Shown here piece after piece: positions 10,592 through 19,120 of a stretch of 20,000 nt of DNA. This DNA is from Bilabrum cf. latius. Taxonomy: Eukaryota. Below the pieces are notes generated by a model. It was not told the origin of the DNA and made no database searches. It saw nothing but the letters and a program-made list of their open reading frames with translations. Within the stretch, counting starts at the first letter, position 1. Every line of letters starts with the position of its first letter. A program made the position numbers and the translations under genes. The stretch is from contig OZ237774.1 of the NCBI GenBank assembly GCA_965178125.1, forward strand, positions 556,229-576,228, in the 5' to 3' direction.

Positions 10592-11302
10592 ATGTCGTAG
10601 AGGCGATCAGGACAGGCAATCGTATAGCCAATTCATCGCCTCTTTGACTTCTTGCAAAAGGTGGGACACACCGACCATGTGTTGAATCACATGCTTACCT
10701 CGATGCAGTCTGATGTCATCGAATCTTGCGCCCAGCCTGGTATTTCTTGCTTTCATTAGTATTGTGTATAATATTTTCGCAGAGAACAAAGGTTCACGTT
10801 TGGCTAGTCGAGAAAAAGCATGAGAGACTTGAGGGCTATGTCGCTGGCTTCGACGAATACATGAATACGGTACTAGGTGAGACATGATTTGGCCGACTGT
10901 ATGTATTGTATGCATGCTTAGGCCCACTTGCTCCAAGCCTTCCTACTACGTACATTGAAACCTTCACATCGTTATTGCTCGATTTTGTGAGATTCCAACT
11001 TCATCCTGATCGCGCTTGTCTATTGTATTCTTTCATTGGTGTACGCAGATGATTGTTATGAACTAAATGCTAAAACTAGGAAGAGAACGCATCTTGGTCG
11101 CTTGTTACTGAAAGGGGACAACATTGTACTGATCCAGCCAGCTCCGGCTGGTGGCAGTGCACCTGCTGGTGCAGCCGAGGGTACCAGCGATGTTGCTGCT
11201 AGCAGCAGCAGCAGCAGCAGCAGCAGCTCAGCTTCTAGTAGTGCACCACCGCCACCGCCAGCACAGCCTGCAGCCGCTGCTGCAGCCAGCGGGGGGCAGT
11301 GA
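10592..11302 (+). CDS. SNRPE: Small nuclear ribonucleoprotein SmE; exons 10592-10660, 10783-10876, 11049-11302 (138 aa)
   Basis: Spliced translation MS*RRSGQAIV*PIHRLFDFLQK|RTKVHVWLVEKKHERLEGYVAGFDEYMNTVL|DDCYELNAKTRKRTHLGRLLLKGDNIVLIQ... matches SmE (VQPI..IF..LQ, WL.E, GFDEYMN.VLDD, LGRI.LKGDNI). TAGs at 10598 and 10625; ends TGA. Confidence 0.95.
10661..10782 (+). other. Spliceosomal GT-AG intron 1 of SmE (122 nt, phase 0)
   Basis: AAG|GTGGGA ... TTTTCGCAG|AGA; AT-richer than the exons of the neighbouring genes; removal restores the SmE alignment (LQK|R). Confidence 0.88.
10877..11048 (+). other. Spliceosomal GT-AG intron 2 of SmE (172 nt, phase 1)
   Basis: CTAG|GTGAGA ... GTACGCAG|AT; removal restores VLDD. 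Confidence 0.9.
11201..11227 (+). repeat. (AGC)9 coding microsatellite encoding poly-Ser in the SmE tail
   Basis: Read directly from the sequence. Confidence 0.9.
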
Positions 11303-11777
11303 GTGCAAGAGGCAATTGGCTGTGCTGCCTGCTGGACCGGTTGGTCGCCTGTCGTGTTGCAGGGACAAGATTCTTGGGAATAGTATCTTTCAGATCTTGA
11401 GCAATTTGCTCTTAGTGAGCAGGTTAACCCTAAGTCAACAGTTCAATATCGCGTGTTGGGTCGCGCCGTGTTCAGCGTAGCGTCATACATCCTCATAACC
11501 CTTGCCTCCGATCGGCAGCCGCACCATGAGGTCCTGTCAAACGTACCCGACAGCAGGCCCACCTTATATCCCCCTAAGCGCCGCATCAGTGGCCGCACAA
11601 GCTTGCCAGCCTCCTTCCCGCCTTCGCTGCATTTTCAGAATACAGCATCCGCTGCCCTTGTCTCCGAAGCGGTCACGGTACTGCTCCTAAACCCAACCAT
11701 TATATCGTCCACAGCTTTTCCATCTGCCCACCAACTGCCTCGTGGTCCATCCGCGGCACCATCCAGTCACCGGCCCA

Positions 11778-12799
11778 TTAGGTTAGGGGGGGTTAGGGGT
11801 TTAGGGTTAGGGGTTTAGGGTTAGGGTTAGTAAGGGTTAGGGTTAGGGTTAGGGTTAGGGTTAGGGTTAGGGTTAGGGTTAGGGTTAGGGTTAGGGTTAG
11901 GGTTAGGGTTAGGGTTAGGGTTAGGGTTAGGGTTAGGGTTAGGGTTAGGGTTAGGGTTAGGGTTAGGGTTAGGGTTAGGGTTAGGGTTAGGGTTAGGGTT
12001 AGGGTTAGGGTTAGGGTTAGGGTTAGGGTTAGGGTTAGGGTTAGGGTTAGGGTTAGGGTTAGGGTTAGGGTTAGGGTTAGGGTTAGGGTTAGGGTTAGGG
12101 TTAGGGTTAGGGTTAGGGTTAGGGTTAGGGTTAGGGTTAGGGTTAGGGTTAGGGTTAGGGTTAGGGTTAGGGTTAGGGTTAGGGTTAGGGTTAGGGTTAG
12201 GGTTAGGGTTAGGGTTAGGGTTAGGGTTAGGGTTAGGGTTAGGGTTAGGGTTAGGGTTAGGGTTAGGGTTAGGGTTAGGGTTAGGGTTAGGGTTAGGGTT
12301 AGGGTTAGGGTTAGGGTTAGGGTTAGGGTTAGGGTTAGGGTTAGGGTTAGGGTTAGGGTTAGGGTTAGGGTTAGGGTTAGGGTTAGGGTTAGGGTTAGGG
12401 TTAGGGTTAGGGTTAGGGTTAGGGTTAGGGTTAGGGTTAGGGTTAGGGTTAGGGTTAGGGTTAGGGTTAGGGTTAGGGTTAGGGTTAGGGTTAGGGTTAG
12501 GGTTAGGGTTAGGGTTAGGGTTAGGGTTAGGGTTAGGGTTAGGGTTAGGGTTAGGGTTAGGGTTAGGGTTAGGGTTAGGGTTAGGGTTAGGGTTAGGGTT
12601 AGGGTTAGGGTTAGGGTTAGGGTTAGGGTTAGGGTTAGGGTTAGGGTTAGGGTTAGGGTTAGGGTTAGGGTTAGGGTTAGGGTTAGGGTTAGGGTTAGGG
12701 TTAGGGTTAGGGTTAGGGTTAGGGTTAGGGTTAGGGTTAGGGTTAGGGTTAGGGTTAGGGTTAGGGTTAGGGTTAGGGTTAGGGTTAGGGTTAGGGTTA
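11778..12799 (+). repeat. Telomeric tract 1, (TTAGGG)n, ~1020 bp
   Basis: Variant units at 11778-11836 (TTAGG, TTAGGGGGGG, TTAGGGG, TTTAGGG, TTAG-TAAGGG), then ~160 perfect repeats. Confidence 0.98.
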
Positions 12800-12832
12800 C
12801 AGTACCATCCTAGGCCAGGCCCGGGCGCCGCG

Positions 12833-12870
12833 AAAGTATCATGTTCCGCAAAAAGTATCATGTTCCGCAA
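12833..12870 (+). repeat. 19-bp tandem duplication AAAGTATCATGTTCCGCAA x2 near the left end of A (also at 15663-15700)
   Basis: Two perfect adjacent copies, 12833-12851 and 12852-12870. Confidence 0.9.
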
Positions 12871-14905
12871 TGACGGCGGTGCCGCGCAGTGTCCAAGTGG
12901 TCGCAAGATCGCGCCGAGGCGGATCTTGGCCAGTTGCAGAGATGCAAGCAGTCGACAAGAGGTGCGAGTGGTTGGCAATGCATATTTGGTGTATGATTAT
13001 GCGTGTCTGCTTGGTTTGCAATGAATCTCGGCCTCGGTCTCCTCGGTGGTGCGGCTCATGGGTGACGAACACCCAGGGGGCTGCACGGGATGGACGCGCA
13101 CCCGGCGAGTCTGGACCAAACCGCGTCGTGCAAATTGGGTTTGCCAAGGAGGTGTGCCCTGCTGTGTTTCGCCCGCGAGAATAGGGGGTTGTCTCCCCGT
13201 CGGGCAGGTATTCCATCCAGCTCGCCCGTCCGTGACTGAGACAGCACGGGCCGCGACAAGTGCGCGAGCCCGGGGATCAAGTCAGCGGCCGATGGCAGCG
13301 AGCCGGCATGAAGCGCGTGCACGAGGAGCTTGCGCTCCCCATGCACTGCCTGCCCCACCTCATTGCGGATCTGGGACATCAGGTTCATCGTGTTGCCACA
13401 CACACCTCCACACTCGACGATCGGATCTACAGAGACACCTGTCCCGGGATGCTGCTCCTCGTCATTGGCCTGCTCCTTCTCGCCCCGGGGGCACGCGCTG
13501 CCTCGAAGCACGCACCCGCGCTCCCGCCCGACTCAAGGACTGAGTGCTGGGAGGGTGCGCGGGCAGCCGCGTGAGAGGATGACGGGCGTGCCGCCGAAGG
13601 CCGAGTCCAGGAGCTGGGGACGGGACGCATCGTTGGGACTGCCCTGAAGAGACCAAAGAATCAACCGCCATCCGTACGGAACCCTATATGGTCGGCCGGT
13701 CTGACTCTCTGCTCGCCCACCGCACGGATCTGCTCAGTTCCATGCAATGTTTGCCAGAAGCGGCGAGAGGGTCTCATCAGCACAGGTGGGTCCTAAAAGC
13801 TGCCTGCAATGCATAAGAAAAGAATAAAACGGTTGAAAATAAATTAATAGCCCCTCGATGCATGGCAACATACCCGAGTGCTGCCATGAAAACCGGACAA
13901 CGCACAAGCACGTCAGCAGACCAGCGACCTTCCCATTCAGATGCCAGAACCTAACACAAATACAAAGCAAACAAACTGAATGAATACAATAGAATCAAAA
14001 TACCTGGCGGTTGTTTTACTCGGGCTATGCTGTACCTGGCTGTTCTGTCTGCAAGCGCCATCGCGCGCCCCAATGAGGCGAGACCTAAGCAGAGCTACAG
14101 CAGCATGCCACCTTGGACACACCGCGATATACGGCAGTAAATGGTATTAAATATTAATCCCAACAGGTTCCAGGACACTTGAGACTGTCTGTGGTGCTGA
14201 GAGGTATGGTTGCGCTAGATTTCGCAAACGGTTGTGAACAGCGGAACCAGTTAGCTAGGCGGCGCGGCGTCTTAGGCTGCACAATGCTGCCAGACTCAGC
14301 AGTGAATACCGTCAATCTCGCATCATAGTTTCAAACGATGAGTACTTTTGTTGTATGTGTTAGTGGAAGTCAGTCCGAGTGCATTGGTTGGGCGAATATT
14401 TGAGATTCTCTCACCTTCGCAGTTGCTGCAGCTACTAGATGTATACGCGGACCATCCACTACTTCGCAATATGAAAACGCTGGCGCATTATTTCCGCATG
14501 AATTCAACTGAGTCCCCTTCCACACGCTAGGCAGCAAGCATCACTATTCACCAGTGGACTTGCCAAAGTCCCTACTACTCCTGTAGTGGCTGCCTGGGCT
14601 GATTCCGATGTCCGGGTTATCAATACCGTCCTAGCACGCTGCCAGAAACCTTCATTGAATGCAATCAAATATCATTGCCTGAGGTGCCGGTCATTTGGAT
14701 AGAGAAGGAAGTCACATTTCTGCTGGCTGGCACTGAGGTGCTGCCTCAAGGACGTCGTCCTACATGTTGGGACCAAGCAAATCATACTCCGTTCGGTGGA
14801 TTGATCGTTGTACAAGTTTTAAGACTTTATATATCGAGTTACCATGCGGACCACAAAGCGGACCGATCCCAAGGTGGCACATCCGCATCTCCACCCAGTG
14901 GGGCT

Positions 14906-15501
14906 CCCAACCAGCTTGCCCCAGCATAGCCACCATGGCCCCATCCATCGCCCACACACCCAACCAGCTTGCCCCGGCACAGCCACCACGGCCCCCTCCA
15001 TCGCCCACACACCCAACCAGCTTGCCCCAGCACAGCCACCACGGCCCCCTCCATCGCCCGCACTCCCGACCTGCTTGCCCCAGCACAGCCACCATAGCCC
15101 CCATCCATCGCCCACACACCCTACTTGCTCCGGCACAGCCACCATGGCCCCCTCCATCGCCCACACACCCAACCAGCTTGCCCCAGCACAGCCACCATGG
15201 CTCCATCCATCGCCCACACACCCAACCAGCTTGCCCCAGCACAGCCACCATGGCTCCATCCATCGCCCACACACCCAACCAGCTTGCCCCGGCACAGCCA
15301 CCATAGCCCCCATCCATCGCCCACACACCCTACTTGCTCCGGCACAGCCACCATGGCCCCATCCATCGCCCACACACCCAACCAGCTTGCCCCAGCACAG
15401 CCACCATGGCTCCATCCATCGCCCACACACCCAACCAGCTTGCCCCGGCACAGCCACCATAGCCCCCATCCATCGCCCACACACCCTACTTGCTCCGGCA
15501 C
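14906..15501 (+). repeat. C-rich minisatellite, 49-54-bp units, 11 full copies plus a partial
   Basis: Unit CCCAACCAGCTTGCCCCAGCACAGCCACCATGGCCCCATCCATCGCCCACACA. Starts at 14906, 14959, 15012, 15065, 15119, 15168, 15221, 15274, 15328, 15377, 15430, 15484. Confidence 0.95.
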
Positions 15502-15629
15502 AGGGTTAGGGTTAGGGTTAGGGTTAGGGGTTAGGGTTAGGGTTAGGGTTAGGGTTAGGGTTAGGGTTAGGGTTAGGGTTAGGGTTAGGGTTAGGGTTAG
15601 GGTTAGGGTTAGGGTTAGGGTTAGGGTTA
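15502..15629 (+). repeat. Telomeric tract 2, ~21 TTAGGG units
   Basis: Perfect apart from one TTAGGGG near the left end. Confidence 0.97.
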
Positions 15630-17329
15630 CAGTACCATCCTAGGCCAGGCCCGGGCGCCGCGAAAGTATCATGTTCCGCAAAAAGTATCATGTTCCGCAA
15701 TGACGGCGGTGCCGCGCAGTGTCCAAGTGGTCGCAAGATCGCGCCGAGGCGGATCTTGGCCAGTTGCAGAGATGCAAGCAGTCGACAAGAGGTGCGAGTG
15801 GTTGGCAATGCATATTTGGTGTATGATTATGCGTGTCTGCTTGGTTTGCAATGAATCTCGGCCTCGGTCTCCTCGGTGGTGCGGCTCATGGGTGACGAAC
15901 ACCCAGGGGGCTGCACGGGATGGACGCGCACCCGGCGAGTCTGGACCAAACCGCGTCGTGCAAATTGGGTTTGCCAAGGAGGTGTGCCCTGCTGTGTTTC
16001 GCCCGCGAGAATAGGGGGTTGTCTCCCCGTCGGGCAGGTATTCCATCCAGCTCGCCCGTCCGTGACTGAGACAGCACGGGCCGCGACAAGTGCGCGAGCC
16101 CGGGGATCAAGTCAGCGGCCGATGGCAGCGAGCCGGCATGAAGCGCGTGCACGAGGAGCTTGCGCTCCCCATGCACTGCCTGCCCCACCTCATTGCGGAT
16201 CTGGGACATCAGGTTCATCGTGTTGCCACACACACCTCCACACTCGACGATCGGATCTACAGAGACACCTGTCCCGGGATGCTGCTCCTCGTCATTGGCC
16301 TGCTCCTTCTCGCCCCGGGGGCACGCGCTGCCTCGAAGCACGCACCCGCGCTCCCGCCCGACTCAAGGACTGAGTGCTGGGAGGGTGCGCGGGCAGCCGC
16401 GTGAGAGGATGACGGGCGTGCCGCCGAAGGCCGAGTCCAGGAGCTGGGGACGGGACGCATCGTTGGGACTGCCCTGAAGAGACCAAAGAATCAACCGCCA
16501 TCCGTACGGAACCCTATATGGTCGGCCGGTCTGACTCTCTGCTCGCCCACCGCACGGATCTGCTCAGTTCCATGCAATGTTTGCCAGAAGCGGCGAGAGG
16601 GTCTCATCAGCACAGGTGGGTCCTAAAAGCTGCCTGCAATGCATAAGAAAAGAATAAAACGGTTGAAAATAAATTAATAGCCCCTCGATGCATGGCAACA
16701 TACCCGAGTGCTGCCATGAAAACCGGACAACGCACAAGCACGTCAGCAGACCAGCGACCTTCCCATTCAGATGCCAGAACCTAACACAAATACAAAGCAA
16801 ACAAACTGAATGAATACAATAGAATCAAAATACCTGGCGGTTGTTTTACTCGGGCTATGCTGTACCTGGCTGTTCTGTCTGCAAGCGCCATCGCGCGCCC
16901 CAATGAGGCGAGACCTAAGCAGAGCTACAGCAGCATGCCACCTTGGACACACCGCGATATACGGCAGTAAATGGTATTAAATATTAATCCCAACAGGTTC
17001 CAGGACACTTGAGACTGTCTGTGGTGCTGAGAGGTATGGTTGCGCTAGATTTCGCAAACGGTTGTGAACAGCGGAACCAGTTAGCTAGGCGGCGCGGCGT
17101 CTTAGGCTGCACAATGCTGCCAGACTCAGCAGTGAATACCGTCAATCTCGCATCATAGTTTCAAACGATGAGTACTTTTGTTGTATGTGTTAGTGGAAGT
17201 CAGTCCGAGTGCATTGGTTGGGCGAATATTTGAGATTCTCTCACCTTCGCAGTTGCTGCAGCTACTAGATGTATACGCGGACCATCCACTACTTCGCAAT
17301 ATGAAAACGCTGGCGCATTATTTCCGCAT
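15630..17329. mobile_element. Cassette A, second copy (A'), right-truncated (1700 bp)
   Basis: Matches 12800-14499 at a constant offset of 2830; ORF-track translations are identical. It diverges at ...TTCCGCAT|G versus ...TTCCGCAT|TAGGTTAGGG. Confidence 0.6.
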
Positions 17330-17436
17330 TAGGTTAGGGTTAGGGTTAGGGTTAGGGTTAGGGTTAGGGTTAGGGTTAGGGTTAGGGTTAGGGTTAGGGT
17401 TAGGGTTAGGGTTAGGGTTAGGGTTAGGGTTAGGGT
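17329..17436 (+). repeat. Telomeric tract 3, ~18 units
   Basis: TTAGG followed by perfect TTAGGG, ending GGGT. Confidence 0.97.
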
Positions 17437-18625
17437 ATCAGGGGGTCAACTTATACTTAGGGTCGGCCATTTTCGGCTTTTACGCTAGCGCGCGTCAGGG
17501 AACAAGACTAATATATTCTGATAGCGCATGCTTGAAAACCTAGGTTACAACTCTGAGTTGGGCCATAGCTCCCCGCGGCGCCGCGGTTCCGCAGGGTCAG
17601 TGAAATCCGTCAGGGCCGGGTGCCGTCTGGGGGTGGATCCGGAGTCGATATGCATGGACACCATTGTGTGCCCCATGATGTGTACATATGATGAGACACT
17701 TGAAACGCAGCGATTGCATGTGTTGCGGCCGAGATATGGTCGAGTCAGTGGATTTTACTGGCGGCACTGACGGCGATTTTGCCCCGAGTCAGTAAAATGG
17801 AGTACTGGCCGTTTGCGGTCTCGGATGGGCGTATTGGATCGCGGTTTTCGATGTGTTTGATGTGCCACGGTGCATGGGGCAGGGAACACACCCGCTACAA
17901 ACCCGTTCTGCCCGCGGCGCCGCGGTTCCGCAGGGTCAGTGAAATCCGTCAGGGCCGGGTGCCGTCTGGGGGTGGATCCGGAGTCGATATGCATGGACAC
18001 CATTGTGTGCCCCATGATGTGTACATACGATGAGACACTTGAAACGCAGCGATTGCATGTGTTGCGGCCGAGATATGGTCGAGTCAGTGGATTTTACTGG
18101 CGGCACTGACGGCGATTTTGCCCCGAGTCAGTAAAATGGAGTACCGGCCGTTTGCGGTCTCGGATGGGCGTATTGGATCGCGGTTTTCGATGTGTTTGAT
18201 GTGCCACGGTGCATGGGGCAGGGAACACACCCGCTACAAACCCGTTCTGCCCGCGGCGCCGCGGTTCCGCAGGGTCAGTGAAATCCGTCAGGGCCGGGTG
18301 CCGTCTGGGGGTGGATCCGGAGTCGATATGCATGGACACCATTGTGTGCCCCATGATGTGTACATACGATGAGACACTTGAAACGCAGCGATTGCATGTG
18401 TTGCGGCCGAGATATGGTCGAGTCAGTGGATTTTACTGGCGGCACTGACGGCGATTTTGCCCCGAGTCAGTAAAATGGAGTACTGGCCGTTTGCGGTCTC
18501 GGATGGGCGTATTGGATCGCGGTTTTCGATGTGTTTGATGTGCCACGGTGCATGGGGCAGGGAACACACCCGCTACAAACCCGTTCTGCCCGCGGCGCCG
18601 CGGTTCCGCAGGGTCAGTGAAATCC
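17437..18625. other. Telomere-embedded cassette B: ~135-bp unique leader plus 339-bp tandem array, truncated at right
   Basis: Flanked by tracts 3 and 4; no similarity to A seen. Confidence 0.7.
17572..18625 (+). repeat. 339-bp satellite, 3 full units plus 37 bp
   Basis: Units start at 17572, 17911, 18250, 18589. Only isolated C/T differences seen (TACATATGA/TACATACGA; GTACTGG/GTACCGG). Confidence 0.95.
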
Positions 18626-19120
18626 TTAGGTTAGGGTTAGGGGGTTAGGGGTTAGGGTTAGGGTTAGGGTTAGGGTTAGGGTTAGGGTTAGGGTTAGGGT
18701 TAGGGTTAGGGTTAGGGTTAGGGTTAGGGTTAGGGTTAGGGTTAGGGTTAGGGTTAGGGTTAGGGTTAGGGTTAGGGTTAGGGTTAGGGTTAGGGTTAGG
18801 GTTAGGGTTAGGGTTAGGGTTAGGGTTAGGGTTAGGGTTAGGGTTAGGGTTAGGGTTAGGGTTAGGGTTAGGGTTAGGGTTAGGGTTAGGGTTAGGGTTA
18901 GGGTTAGGGTTAGGGTTAGGGTTAGGGTTAGGGTTAGGGTTAGGGTTAGGGTTAGGGTTAGGGTTAGGGTTAGGGTTAGGGTTAGGGTTAGGGTTAGGGT
19001 TAGGGTTAGGGTTAGGGTTAGGGTTAGGGTTAGGGTTAGGGTTAGGGTTAGGGTTAGGGTTAGGGTTAGGGTTAGGGTTAGGGTTAGGGTTAGGGTTAGG
19101 GTTAGGGTTAGGGTTAGGGT
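18626..19120 (+). repeat. Telomeric tract 4, ~495 bp
   Basis: TTAGG, TTAGGG, TTAGGGGG, TTAGGGG, then perfect repeats ending GGGT. Confidence 0.98.

Larger units (their letters stand above)
12800..15501. mobile_element. Telomere-embedded cassette A, long copy (2.7 kb); putative non-autonomous telomere-associated element
   Basis: Bounded by telomeric tracts on both sides; first 1700 bp repeated at 15630 with the same left junction GGGTTA|CAGTACC. No RT or transposase recognised, so mobility is inferred. Confidence 0.55.

Noticed and set aside
4762-10660. UAG as pyrrolysine or leucine
   Set aside because: The context is eukaryotic and the informative aligned positions are Gln.
2-11302. Five adjacent pseudogenes with premature stops
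   Set aside because: Every interruption is TAG, with no frameshifts or internal TGA/TAA; catalytic motifs are intact and two TAGs sit on conserved Gln.
11453-11818. 121-aa ORF running into the telomere, and CCCTAA-like words near 11426 and 11687
   Set aside because: Non-ATG start and no recognisable homology; single hexamer-like words are expected by chance.
11827-12978. 383-aa (PN)n ORF and similar (LG)n/(RV)n ORFs at 15524 and 17178
   Set aside because: These are translations of telomeric hexamers.
13056-13574. Overlapping 100-165-aa ORFs in cassette A as an element-encoded protein
   Set aside because: No RT, endonuclease, gag or transposase motif recognised; frames I checked are closed by TGA even with TAG as sense. 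A degenerate or spliced gene cannot be excluded.
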